Below are positions 26,773 to 36,201 of a DNA stretch of 46,392 bases, piece by piece (the stretch's first letter is position 1; every line of letters begins with the position of its first letter). This DNA is from an uncultured Clostridia bacterium. GTDB taxonomy: Bacteria > Bacillota > Clostridia > Oscillospirales > Ruminococcaceae. A program made the position numbers and the translations under genes. The notes under the pieces are model-generated. The model searched no databases, was not told the DNA's origin, and saw nothing but the letters and a program-made list of their open reading frames with translations. The stretch covers positions 1 to 46,392 of the forward strand of contig CAMERU010000001.1 in the NCBI GenBank assembly GCA_945935925.1. The letters are read 5' to 3'.

Positions 26773-27264
26773 ATGCAGGAGCCGGGAAAATTCGCATTTA
26801 TTGAGCAGGAGCGCCCTGCGCTTGTCGCGCAGATACGCGGCAGCGCGGCATATCCCGACGTAAAGGGCACGGCGAAGCTGTATTGGCTTTCGGAGGGAAT
26901 GTACGCGGTGTTTGAGCTTGAGGGGCTGCCGCCGGACATGGTGCTTGGATTTCATATCCACGATGGACCGGCGTGTGGCGTTGCCGCGGGGGCGGTGCCC
27001 TTTGCCGCCGCGGGAGATCATTTCAGTGTTTGCAGCGAGGATATGCGGTGCGGGCGTCACCCGTATCACGCGGGAGATCTTCCGCCGCTTTTCTCCGACG
27101 AGAGCGGCAGGGCTTCGTCGCAGATCTTCACAAAGCGGACGGACGTTTCCGGCGTTTCGGGTAAGCCCATAGTTGTACATAGAATGTCGGACGATCTTAT
27201 GACACAGTCTGCGGGCAATTCGGGCGTCAGGATAGCCTGCGGACTGCTCGCGGAAAATATTTAG
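26773..27264 (+). CDS. sodC: Cu/Zn superoxide dismutase-family protein without signal peptide
   Basis: GFHIH, GDHF, HPYHAGDLPP, VVH...DD, GNSG.RIACG; ATG 26773 after GAGGTG. Confidence 0.88.
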   Translation: MQEPGKFAFIEQERPALVAQIRGSAAYPDVKGTAKLYWLSEGMYAVFELEGLPPDMVLGFHIHDGPACGVAAGAVPFAAAGDHFSVCSEDMRCGRHPYHAGDLPPLFSDESGRASSQIFTKRTDVSGVSGKPIVVHRMSDDLMTQSAGNSGVRIACGLLAENI

Positions 27265-27292
27265 TAAAATCAAAATAAAGGAGATAAAAAAT

Positions 27293-28552
27293 ATGTCAAG
27301 TGAAATAAGAGATGAAAACCTCTGGGAGAGCGGCGCGCGCAAGATCGCGTGGGTAAAGCGGAATATGCCGCTGCTCAACGGAATAGAAAAGGAGTTCGCA
27401 CAGGAAAAGCCCTTTGCGGGAATGAAGGTCGCGCTGTCGGTGCACCTTGAGGCAAAGACTGCGTATCTCTGCAAGGTATTGGCGGCGGGCGGCGCCGAGA
27501 TGTATGTTACGGGAAGCAATCCGCTGTCCACACAGGACGACGTTGCGGCGGCGCTCGTGCATGACGGGCTGAATGTTTTTGCATGGCACGCGGCGACCGA
27601 CGAGGAGTACCACCGCCACATTTCCCGCGTTATTGAGGCTGCACCGAACATTATCATAGACGACGGCGGCGACCTTGTTCACCTTATCCACGACGAGCGC
27701 CCCGACCTTATCCCGAACGTTATCGGCGGCTGCGAGGAAACGACTACGGGCATAATCCGCCTTAAAGCAATGGATAAGGCGGGCGCGCTGAAATTCCCGA
27801 TGGTGCTGGTAAACGACGCGGACTGCAAGCACCTTTTCGACAACCGCTACGGCACGGGTCAGTCGGTTTGGGACGGTATCAACCGCACGACTAACCTTAT
27901 CGTTGCGGGCAAGAATGTCGTTGTCGCGGGCTATGGCTGGTGCGGCAAGGGCGTTGCCATGCGCGCAAAGGGGCTGGGCGCCGACGTTATCGTCACCGAG
28001 ATAGACCCGATAAAGGCAATGGAAGCCGTTATGGACGGGTTCAAGGTTATGCCCATGCGCGAGGCTGCTAAGGTGGGCGACTTCTTTGTCACCGTTACCG
28101 GCTGCGCGGACGTTATCGGCGAGGAAGCGTTCCTCAACATGAAGGACGGCGCGATATGCTGCAACGCGGGTCATTTCGACGTTGAGGTAAACATGGCGAA
28201 GCTGCGCGAGATAGCGCAGGAGAGTTACCTTGCGCGCAACAATATCATGGGCTATAGGCTCGCTAACGGCAACACCGTTTTCGTTATTGCAGAGGGCAGA
28301 CTGGTCAACCTTGCGGCGGGCGACGGTCACCCTGCGGAGATAATGGACATGAGCTTTGCGATACAGGCGCTGTCGGCGCATTATATCGCGGTGAACAAGG
28401 GGAAACTCGGCACCTCCGAGGGCAATATGACGCTTAACGTTCCCGCCGAGGTGGACAAGAAGGTCGCGCTGCGCAAGCTTGCCGCATGGGGGATCGAGAT
28501 AGACAAGCTTACTCCGGAGCAGGAAAAGTATCTTGGCAGCTGGGAAGTCTGA
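27293..28552 (+). CDS. ahcY: Adenosylhomocysteinase
   Basis: HLEAKTA, SNPLSTQD, DDGGD, EETTTG, KHLFDNRYGTGQS, GYGWCGKG, NAGHFD, EGRLVNL, GHP.EIMDMSFA. Confidence 0.97.
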   Translation: MSSEIRDENLWESGARKIAWVKRNMPLLNGIEKEFAQEKPFAGMKVALSVHLEAKTAYLCKVLAAGGAEMYVTGSNPLSTQDDVAAALVHDGLNVFAWHAATDEEYHRHISRVIEAAPNIIIDDGGDLVHLIHDERPDLIPNVIGGCEETTTGIIRLKAMDKAGALKFPMVLVNDADCKHLFDNRYGTGQSVWDGINRTTNLIVAGKNVVVAGYGWCGKGVAMRAKGLGADVIVTEIDPIKAMEAVMDGFKVMPMREAAKVGDFFVTVTGCADVIGEEAFLNMKDGAICCNAGHFDVEVNMAKLREIAQESYLARNNIMGYRLANGNTVFVIAEGRLVNLAAGDGHPAEIMDMSFAIQALSAHYIAVNKGKLGTSEGNMTLNVPAEVDKKVALRKLAAWGIEIDKLTPEQEKYLGSWEV

Positions 28553-28564
28553 GCCTTTGTAAAG

Positions 28565-29248
28565 ATGTTTAATATACTTGTTGTAGACGACCATGCGCAT
28601 ATTAGGCGCCTTTATGAATATACCCTCGAAAAGAACGGCTATCAGCCCTTTACCGCCGCGAACGGCGAGGAGGCGCTGAATGTCCTTGATAACGAGCATA
28701 TAGACCTTATAATTCTTGACGTGATGATGCCCGTGCTGGACGGCTACGGATTTCTCAAGGAGATACGCTCGTCGGGCTGCGAGGTGCCCGTCCTTGTGAT
28801 AACCGCGCGGGATTCCGCAGAGGACGTCCGAAAGGCGTTCACCCTCGGGACGGATGATTTTATGGTAAAGCCCGTCGACGAGGTGGAGATGCTGCTAAGG
28901 ATAAAGGCGCTGCTGCGGCGCAGCAGGATAAGCGAGGAGCAGCGGATAACCGTCGGCGGCACGGAGCTTATTTACGACAGCTTTTCCGTCGTAAGGGACG
29001 GGAAAGTGACGGTGCTGCCGAAAAAGGAATTTCAGATACTGTTCAAGCTGCTGTCTTTCCCGAACAAGACCTTCACGCGGGCTAACCTCATGGAGGAGTT
29101 CTGGGCTATGGACAGCGAGAGCGAGGCGCGAACGGTAGACGTACATATCAACCGCCTGCGCGAGCGGTTCCGCGATAACGACGATTTCAGCATCGTGACG
29201 GTGCGCGGGCTTGGCTACAAGGCGGTAAGGAACGCGGGAAAGGGCTGA
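28565..29248 (+). CDS. OmpR-family response regulator (HssR-like)
   Basis: ILVVDD, LDVMMP, ITA, KP; winged helix LPKKEF...RTVDVHINRLR...TVRGLGYK. Confidence 0.93.
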   Translation: MFNILVVDDHAHIRRLYEYTLEKNGYQPFTAANGEEALNVLDNEHIDLIILDVMMPVLDGYGFLKEIRSSGCEVPVLVITARDSAEDVRKAFTLGTDDFMVKPVDEVEMLLRIKALLRRSRISEEQRITVGGTELIYDSFSVVRDGKVTVLPKKEFQILFKLLSFPNKTFTRANLMEEFWAMDSESEARTVDVHINRLRERFRDNDDFSIVTVRGLGYKAVRNAGKG

Positions 29249-29250
29249 GC

Positions 29251-30399
29251 ATGGAATTCAGAGGAAGCAAGCGGGCGGTGGATATCGCCGCGCCGCAGGA
29301 GCGTTCGGCACTGAAGGATCTGCCCGAAACCGGCGAAAAGCCGCGGCACAGATTTCTCGGCGGCGTGAGCCGACTTGGTCTGAAGCTTAGCTTTCTGGTG
29401 CTTATAATACTTCTCGGCGCGGACGTTCTGACGTTCACCTCGACGATAGTGATAGGCTTTGTCACGGGCGGAACGAACGACACGGTGCAGGTCATCGGCG
29501 CGGTCGGAGCGAGTATTTTCATCGGCGTGCTGCTTTCGCTGATAATCGGCAACACTGTTATACGCCCGCTTTCGGAGCTTATAAAGGCAACAAAGCGGGT
29601 TTCGGACGGCGATTACACCGCGAAGCTTGAGATAGGCTGGAGCGAGAAGCATACCGTCCGCGAGCTGTCCGATCTTATAAGAATGTTCAACGAAATGACG
29701 GAGGAGCTGCGGCGTACCGAGCTTTTCCGAAAGGACTTCATCTCCTCGTTTTCCCATGAGTTCAAAACGCCGCTCGCGTCGATACGCGGGTTCGCGCGGC
29801 AGCTTTACGAGGGCGGGCTGACGCCGGAGCAGGAAAAGGAATTTTCCCGTATAATACTTGAGGAAACGGAGTTTTTGTCGGAGCTTTCGTCCAACACGCT
29901 GATGCTGACTAACCTTGAAAACAAGGATATAGTTACCGAAAAGACGGAATTTTCGCTTGACGAGCAGCTTCGCGGCTGTATGCTGCGGCTGGAGCCGCTG
30001 TGGTCGGAAAAGGACATTGAGATCGACATGGAGGGGCTGGACAGCGTCCGCTTCTTCTGGAATGAGCAGCTGCTTGCGCATATCTGGCACAACCTTTTCG
30101 ACAATGCGGTGAAATTCACCCCCGCTGGCGGGACGATAAAGGTCGGGTGCAAGCGTTCGGGCGGGTTTATCGTCGTTACCGTTTCGGACAATGGCTGCGG
30201 TATCGAGCCCGAGGCGCTGCCGCATATATTCGAGAAATTCTATCAGGCGGATAATTCCCACGCGATAAGGGGAAACGGGCTCGGGCTCGCTCTCGTCAAG
30301 CGTATCGCGGAGCTCTGCGGCGGCAGCGTCAGCGTTGAGTCCGAAAAGGGAAAGGGTACGACATTCACCGTCCGTCTGAGAAATGACAGACAGCAATAA
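29251..30399 (+). CDS. HAMP-containing sensor histidine kinase
   Basis: Two closely spaced TMs, HAMP, SHEFKTPL, NLFDNAVKF, DNGCG, FEKFYQ, GNGLGL. Confidence 0.93.
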   Translation: MEFRGSKRAVDIAAPQERSALKDLPETGEKPRHRFLGGVSRLGLKLSFLVLIILLGADVLTFTSTIVIGFVTGGTNDTVQVIGAVGASIFIGVLLSLIIGNTVIRPLSELIKATKRVSDGDYTAKLEIGWSEKHTVRELSDLIRMFNEMTEELRRTELFRKDFISSFSHEFKTPLASIRGFARQLYEGGLTPEQEKEFSRIILEETEFLSELSSNTLMLTNLENKDIVTEKTEFSLDEQLRGCMLRLEPLWSEKDIEIDMEGLDSVRFFWNEQLLAHIWHNLFDNAVKFTPAGGTIKVGCKRSGGFIVVTVSDNGCGIEPEALPHIFEKFYQADNSHAIRGNGLGLALVKRIAELCGGSVSVESEKGKGTTFTVRLRNDRQQ

Positions 30400-30419
30400 T
30401 GCACAGATAGGAGTAAAAA

Positions 30420-31250
30420 ATGAACGAGGTATATGAAAAGCTGCTGAAATGCTACGAGTCCTTTGAAAAGAAGATATCCTTCCGCCCCGAGCTTGCGCTG
30501 ATACTTGGCAGCGGGCTGGGCGACTACGCGGACACTATGGACGTTAAGGAAACGCTGGATTACCGCGAGCTGGAGGGCTTCCCGATAAGCACCGTTCTCG
30601 GTCACAAGGGGCGCTTCGTGTTCGGCTATGCGGGGGGAGTTCCCATTGTTGCGATGCAGGGCAGGGTGCATTATTACGAGGGGTATTCCGTGCAGGACGT
30701 GGTGCTTCCGACGCGGCTGATGAAGCTGATGGGCGCAAAGACGCTGTTCCTCACCAACGCGGCGGGGGGTATCAATCCGTCGTTCCATGCGGGGGATTTC
30801 ATGCTGATCACCGACCACATCTCGTCGCTCGTTCCGTCGCCGCTTATCGGGGCTAACATTGAGGAGCTCGGCACACGCTTCCCTGATATGTCGGAGGTGT
30901 ACAGCCGCAGGCTGCGCAGCATAATCGAGCAGTCGGCGGCGGCTGAGGGCGTTCCGCTTCAGCGCGGCGTTTATATTCAGACGACGGGTCCCAACTATGA
31001 AACTCCCGCCGAGATAAGGGCATACGGCAGGCTCGGCGCGGACGCGGTAGGAATGTCCACGGCTGTGGAGGCAATGGCTGCGCGTCATGCGGGAATGGAG
31101 ATATGCGGCATAAGCTGCATAAGCAACCTTGCGGCGGGAATATCCGCAAATCCGCTCACTCACGCCGAGGTTCAGGAAACGGCGGACAGGGTTGCGCCGC
31201 TGTTCAAGCGGCTCGTCACCCGCGCGATATCCGATATTCACAAGGCGTAA
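30420..31250 (+). CDS. punA: Purine-nucleoside phosphorylase (trimeric type)
   Basis: ILGSGLG, GHKG, QGRVHYYEG, TNAAGG, GPNYETPAE, GADAVGMST, SNLAAG, HAEV. Confidence 0.93.
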   Translation: MNEVYEKLLKCYESFEKKISFRPELALILGSGLGDYADTMDVKETLDYRELEGFPISTVLGHKGRFVFGYAGGVPIVAMQGRVHYYEGYSVQDVVLPTRLMKLMGAKTLFLTNAAGGINPSFHAGDFMLITDHISSLVPSPLIGANIEELGTRFPDMSEVYSRRLRSIIEQSAAAEGVPLQRGVYIQTTGPNYETPAEIRAYGRLGADAVGMSTAVEAMAARHAGMEICGISCISNLAAGISANPLTHAEVQETADRVAPLFKRLVTRAISDIHKA

Positions 31251-31267
31251 CAGATAATATTCAACCG

Positions 31268-31308
31268 AGAGCCGTCTTCGTTTCGCGCGGGGAGCGGCTC
31301 TGTTTTTT
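31268..31308 (+). terminator. Terminator after punA
   Basis: AGAGCCG...CGGCTCT followed by GTTTTTT. Confidence 0.65.
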
Positions 31309-31331
31309 ACTGATTGGAAAGGTGATAAATC

Positions 31332-31784
31332 ATGATTTTCACAGAGGTGAAGCGGGATAAGAAAAGGTATATCGATCTGCTTTTGCTGGCGGACGAGCAG
31401 GAGGATATGATTGACCGCTATCTTGAACGCGGGACAATGTACGCGCTTTCCGACGAAGCCGACAGTAAGGTCAAAGCAGTCTGCGTTGTCACCGACGAGG
31501 GCAGCTCTGTTCTTGAGATAAAGAATATCGCGGTGCTTCCGGAATGTCAGCGCATGGGCTTTGGCAGGTACATGATACGGTTTATCGAAAATACATACAA
31601 GGGCGCTTACGATGTCCTTAGGGTCGGGACAGGCGACAGCCCGTTGACTATCCCGTTTTATCAGAAATGCGGATTTACGGAAGCGTACAGAATAAAAGGC
31701 TTCTTTACAGACAATTATGACCACCCTATATTTGAATGCGGAAAGCAGCTTGTTGACATGGTGTGCCTTGAGAAACATCTGTAA
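31332..31784 (+). CDS. GNAT-family N-acetyltransferase
   Basis: LLLLADEQEDMIDRYL, EIKNIAV..ECQRMGFG, VGTGDS...FYQKCGF. Confidence 0.9.
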   Translation: MIFTEVKRDKKRYIDLLLLADEQEDMIDRYLERGTMYALSDEADSKVKAVCVVTDEGSSVLEIKNIAVLPECQRMGFGRYMIRFIENTYKGAYDVLRVGTGDSPLTIPFYQKCGFTEAYRIKGFFTDNYDHPIFECGKQLVDMVCLEKHL

Positions 31785-31810
31785 AAGAAGTATATTACAT
31801 TACGGAATAT

Positions 31811-31849
31811 AAAAACCCCCGCTCTCATTGCGAAAGCGGGGGTAGTTTT
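31811..31849. terminator. Bidirectional terminator between GNAT gene and hydA
   Basis: AAAAACCCCCGCT...AGCGGGGGT-AGTTTT. Confidence 0.85.
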
Positions 31850-31855
31850 GCTTAA

Positions 31856-33598
31856 TTATCTGTAAAGATCGGGGCGCGCCTTGTAGGACGTGTGGAGTAT
31901 ATCATGAGCCTTGTGGCTGTTGGGCTCGCCGAGGAATTCCTTGTACAGGGTCTGTATGTCGGGATTTTCGTGCGAGCAGCGCATTGTGTTCGCCTCGTCA
32001 AGACCGTACAGAACCTTTGCGCGCTCTGCGCGGATATCGGTGAAGTTGCGAACATAGCCGGGCTGGATAACCTGACCGCCGCCGTTTACGCAGCCGCCGG
32101 GGCAAGCCATGATCTCGATGAACTGGTAGTCAGCCTCGCCCGCTCTTACCTTCTTGAGAAGTGCCTTAGCGTTAGCAAGACCGCTTGCGATAGCAACCTT
32201 TACGTCCATGCCGTTTACGTTGTAGGTAGCTTCCTTGATACCCTCTACGCCGCGGACTTCCTTGAACTCAATGGGCGTGCTGTCAGGCTTTCCGGTGAGT
32301 GTCCATACTGCTGTGCGGAGGGCTGCCTCCATAACGCCGCCTGTCGCGCCGAAGATAACGGCTGCGCCCGTGCCTGTGCCGAGCGGGCTGTCGCATACTT
32401 CATCGGGCAGGTCGTTGAACATGATACCCGCCTTCTTTATCATGCGCGCAAGCTCGCGGGTCGTTATGGAGATATCGAGGTCGGGAACGCCTGCGGCGGA
32501 CTGATCATCTCTGCCTATCTCGTACTTCTTCGCGGTGCAGGGCATAACGGAAACGCTTACGATGTTGTCGGGGTTAATGCCCATCTTCTGCGCGTAGTAG
32601 GTCTTGAGAACCGAGCCGAACATCTGCTGCGGCGACTTGCAGGTGGACAGGTTGGGGATAAAGTCGGGGAAGTAGTTCTCGCAGTAACGGATCCATCCGG
32701 GCGAGCAGGAGGTTATCATCGGGAGCTTGCCGCCGTTCTGAACCCTGTCAATGAACTCGGCAGCCTCTTCCATGATGGTAAGGTCTGCGGAGAAGTTGGT
32801 ATCAAATACCTTATCAAAGCCGAGTCTGCGCATTGCAGCGATCATCTTGCCCTCGACATTGGTGCCTATGGGCAGACCGAACGCTTCGCCGAGGGACGCA
32901 CGGACAGCGGGAGCTGCCTGTACAACAACGAACTTATCGGGGTCTGCAATTGCGTCGAGCACCTTCTGGGTGTCGTCCTTCTCGGTGAGAGCGCCTGTCG
33001 GGCAGGCGGTGATGCACTGACCGCAGGAAACGCAGGCGGTGTCAGCAAGCGGCATATCGAATGCGGAAGCTATCTGTGTAGCAAATCCGCGCTCGTTCGC
33101 GCCGATAACGCCGATACCCTGTGTTACGGAGCAGGCAGCAACGCAGCGGCGGCAGAGAATGCACTTGCTGTTGTCGCGGCTCATATGTACCGCGCTGTCG
33201 TCTATTTCAACGGCGGGATTTTCGCCCTCGTAGAAATTCTCCTCAACGCCGTACTCGTTGCACAGCGCCTGAAGCTCGCAGTTACCGCTTCTTACGCAGG
33301 AGAGGCATTCCTTCTTGTGGTTGGAGAGGATAAGCTCGAGCGTTGTTCTGCGGCTGTTTATTACCTTGGGTGTGTTGGTGAATATCTCCATGCCCTCGTT
33401 TACGGGGTAAACGCAGGCAGCTACAAGGCTCCTTGCGCCCTTGACTTCCACAACGCAGATACGGCAGGCGCCTATGGCGTTGATGTCCTTGAGATAACAA
33501 AGCGTGGGTATTCTGATTCCGGCAAGTCTTGCCGCCTCGAGGATCGTGCTGCCCTCGGGAACGGAGCATTCGATACCGTTGATTTTTATATTTACCAT
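31856..33598 (-). CDS. hydA: [FeFe]-hydrogenase catalytic subunit (group A, HydA/HndD)
   Basis: H-cluster motifs TSCSPGW, MPCTAKKYE, EIMACPGGCVNGGGQ; N-terminal 2Fe-2S, His-ligated 4Fe-4S and 2x4Fe-4S motifs. Confidence 0.96.
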   Translation of the reverse strand: MVNIKINGIECSVPEGSTILEAARLAGIRIPTLCYLKDINAIGACRICVVEVKGARSLVAACVYPVNEGMEIFTNTPKVINSRRTTLELILSNHKKECLSCVRSGNCELQALCNEYGVEENFYEGENPAVEIDDSAVHMSRDNSKCILCRRCVAACSVTQGIGVIGANERGFATQIASAFDMPLADTACVSCGQCITACPTGALTEKDDTQKVLDAIADPDKFVVVQAAPAVRASLGEAFGLPIGTNVEGKMIAAMRRLGFDKVFDTNFSADLTIMEEAAEFIDRVQNGGKLPMITSCSPGWIRYCENYFPDFIPNLSTCKSPQQMFGSVLKTYYAQKMGINPDNIVSVSVMPCTAKKYEIGRDDQSAAGVPDLDISITTRELARMIKKAGIMFNDLPDEVCDSPLGTGTGAAVIFGATGGVMEAALRTAVWTLTGKPDSTPIEFKEVRGVEGIKEATYNVNGMDVKVAIASGLANAKALLKKVRAGEADYQFIEIMACPGGCVNGGGQVIQPGYVRNFTDIRAERAKVLYGLDEANTMRCSHENPDIQTLYKEFLGEPNSHKAHDILHTSYKARPDLYR

Positions 33599-33618
33599 AA
33601 TTCTCTGTTCCTTTCCGT

Positions 33619-35487
33619 TTATGCCTTGGAGATAGCGCCGAACTTACAGTTGGACATACATACGCCGCACTTGATGCACTTGCTCTGGTCGATGGTGAAC
33701 GGGCTTCTGATCTCGCCGCTGATAGCGCCGACAGGGCACTTCTTCGAGCAGAGCGAGCAGCCCTTGCACTTCTCGGGGTCGATGCGGATCTGGAGCAGAT
33801 CCTTGCAGACGCCTGCGGGGCATCTCTTGTCCTTTACATGGGCGATATACTCGTCCTTGAAGTAGCGCAGTGTGGAAAGAACAGGGTTCGGAGCTGTCTG
33901 ACCGAGGCCGCACAGCGCGTTTTCCTTGATGTAGTAGCAGAGCTTCTCCATCTTGTCGAGGTCTTCCATGGTAGCCTTGCCCTGTGTGATCTTGGTGAGT
34001 ATCTCATACAGACGCTTTGTACCGATACGGCAGGGCGTGCACTTGCCGCAGGACTCGTCAACGGTGAAGTCGAGGAAGAACTTTGCGATGTCGACCATGC
34101 AGTTGTCCTCGTCCATTACGATAAGTCCGCCGGAGCCCATCATGGAGCCGATGGAGATAAGGTTGTCGTAGTCGATCGGGATATCGAGGTACTGCGGAGG
34201 AATGCAGCCGCCGGAGGGACCGCCCGTCTGCGCAGCCTTGAACTTCTTGCCGTTCGGGATACCGCCGCCGATCTCCTCGATTACCTCGCGGAGCGTTGTA
34301 CCCATAGGAACTTCAACAAGACCGGTGTTGTGGATCTTGCCGCCGAGGGCGAATACCTTTGTGCCCTTGGACTTCTCGGTACCCATTGCAGCGAACCACT
34401 CGGGACCGTTAAGGATTATCTGACAGACGTTAGCGTAGGTTTCAACGTTGTTGAGGATAGTGGGCTTGCCGAACAGACCCTTTACTGCGGGGAACGGAGG
34501 ACGGGGTCTGGGCTCGCCGCGGTTGCCCTCGATGGAGGTCATCAGAGCAGTCTCCTCGCCGCAGACGAACGCGCCCGCGCCGAGTCTTAAACCAAGGCGG
34601 AAGCTGAAGCCTGTGCCAAAGATGTCGTCGCCCAGCATACCGATCTCTTCTGCCTGCTTTATTGCGATTTCAAGACGCTCGATAGCGACGGGGTATTCCG
34701 CACGAACGTAGATATAGCCCTGATTTGCGCCGATAGCGTAGCCGGCGATAGCCATAGCCTCGATAACGGAATGGGGGTCGCCCTCGAGAACGGAACGATC
34801 CATGAATGCGCCGGGGTCGCCCTCGTCGGCGTTGCAGCATACATACTTCTGCTCGTTTACGCTCGCCTTTGCGAACTTCCATTTAAGACCGGTGGGGAAT
34901 CCGCCGCCGCCGCGTCCGCGCAGACCGGAAGCTATCATGGTGTTGATAACGTCGTCGGGGGACATGGTGGTGAGGACCTTGTAAAGAGCCTGATAGCCGT
35001 CGCGCGCTATGTATTCTTCAACGTGCTCGGGGCTGATAACGCCGCAGTTTCTGAGCGCAACGCGGTGCTGCTTTGCGTAGAAAGCGGTTTCATTGAGGGA
35101 CTTGATGTTGTCGCCGTCGACTGTTTCCGCGTAGAGGTACTTCTTTACGGGAACGCCGTTCTTGAGGTGGGACTCAACGATCTCAGGGATATGGTCGACC
35201 TCCATTTTGGAGTAGAAAGTACCCTCGGGGTAAACGATCATTATCGGACCGAGTGCGCACAGACCGAAGCAGCCTGTCTTGATAACGTTCACCTTGTCGG
35301 TGAGGCCGTTCTTTTCGAGCTCTTCCTCGAGCTTTTTGATTATGTTTGCCGAGCCGCTGGATGTACAGCCTGTACCGCCGCAGACAAGAACGTCTCTTAC
35401 GCCGTTGTCAACGCCTTCGATACGGGTCTTTACTACCTCTGCTGACTTTTCCTTGACAGCATTCAGCTCATCGATAGTCTTTATCAT
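33619..35487 (-). CDS. hydB: NADH/FMN-binding diaphorase subunit (NuoF-like HydB/HndC)
   Basis: CGGTGC, GLRGRGGGGFPTG, NADEGDPGAFMD, GAGAFVCGEETAL, ESCGKCTPCRIG, C-terminal 2x4Fe-4S. Confidence 0.94.
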   Translation of the reverse strand: MIKTIDELNAVKEKSAEVVKTRIEGVDNGVRDVLVCGGTGCTSSGSANIIKKLEEELEKNGLTDKVNVIKTGCFGLCALGPIMIVYPEGTFYSKMEVDHIPEIVESHLKNGVPVKKYLYAETVDGDNIKSLNETAFYAKQHRVALRNCGVISPEHVEEYIARDGYQALYKVLTTMSPDDVINTMIASGLRGRGGGGFPTGLKWKFAKASVNEQKYVCCNADEGDPGAFMDRSVLEGDPHSVIEAMAIAGYAIGANQGYIYVRAEYPVAIERLEIAIKQAEEIGMLGDDIFGTGFSFRLGLRLGAGAFVCGEETALMTSIEGNRGEPRPRPPFPAVKGLFGKPTILNNVETYANVCQIILNGPEWFAAMGTEKSKGTKVFALGGKIHNTGLVEVPMGTTLREVIEEIGGGIPNGKKFKAAQTGGPSGGCIPPQYLDIPIDYDNLISIGSMMGSGGLIVMDEDNCMVDIAKFFLDFTVDESCGKCTPCRIGTKRLYEILTKITQGKATMEDLDKMEKLCYYIKENALCGLGQTAPNPVLSTLRYFKDEYIAHVKDKRCPAGVCKDLLQIRIDPEKCKGCSLCSKKCPVGAISGEIRSPFTIDQSKCIKCGVCMSNCKFGAISKA

Positions 35488-35534
35488 ATCAAGTATTCCT
35501 TCCTGTTAGTCTGGGGATAATATCCGCCGATCGC

Positions 35535-36029
35535 TCAGTTGTATTTTTCGAGTATTTTGTCTACGTCGTCAACGGTGAGTCTGCCGTAAACGTCCTCGTT
35601 GACCGTGAGAACGGGAGCAAGACCGCACGCACCGATGCAGCGGCAGGCGTCAAGCGAGAACTTGCCGTCGGGGGTGATCTCTCCGCCGCTTATGCCAAGC
35701 TTCTCCATAAGCTTGTTGTAGATGTCGCCGGATCCCTTTACATAGCAGGCAGTACCCAGACAAACGGATATCTTGTACTTGCCCTTGGGGTTGATAGAGA
35801 ACTGCGCGTAGAACGTTACGACGCCGTAAACCTTTTCGAGCGATATTTCCATAGCGTCCGCGATCATCTGCTGAACCTCGATGGGAAGATAACCGTAGAT
35901 CTCCTGAGCCTTCTGGAGAATGGGCATCAGCGCGCCCTTATCGTCCTTGTGCTCGGCGATCACTGCCATGAGCCTTTCTTTCTGCTCAGCTGTTCCCGCA
36001 AAGGGGACAGCACTCTTTTTAAAAGCCAT
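35535..36029 (-). CDS. hydC: NuoE-like 2Fe-2S subunit (HydC/HndA)
   Basis: LMPILQKAQEIYGYLP, VVTFY, VCLGTACYVKG, CIGACGLAP; ATG 36029 after AAGGAGG. Confidence 0.93.
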   Translation of the reverse strand: MAFKKSAVPFAGTAEQKERLMAVIAEHKDDKGALMPILQKAQEIYGYLPIEVQQMIADAMEISLEKVYGVVTFYAQFSINPKGKYKISVCLGTACYVKGSGDIYNKLMEKLGISGGEITPDGKFSLDACRCIGACGLAPVLTVNEDVYGRLTVDDVDKILEKYN

Positions 36030-36152
36030 TTTTAGCCTCCTTGAATTGATACACCGCTTTGTTTTCCGGCGCGGTATGCTGCGTTGCCGGCCCGTCCGGC
36101 GTAATATTAATACTGACCGAAGGGGGAATATATTCGTTACCGAATGCTTAAC

Positions 36153-36201
36153 GTGATATATCACCATGTATTATATCATATAATTGATAAAAAATCTACA
36201 A
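36153..36201 (-). promoter_or_regulatory. Extended -10 promoter of hydCBA with Rex-like site
   Basis: TGA-TATAAT on the minus strand (-10 at 36175-70); 18-bp TTGATAA-AAAA-TCTACAA at 36184-36201; palindrome GTGATATATCAC at 36153-64. Confidence 0.5.

Noticed and set aside
27264-27293. SAH/SAM riboswitch before ahcY
   Set aside because: Only 28 AT-rich nt; no room.
26422-31778. Long minus-strand ORFs (411, 467, 393 and 511 aa)
   Set aside because: They overlap well-supported plus-strand genes, and the translations have no family motifs.
31892-35509. Long plus-strand ORFs (31892-33865, 33838-34590, 34771-35445) opposite hydAB
   Set aside because: Antisense shadows of strongly codon-biased genes; no RBS or recognisable motifs.
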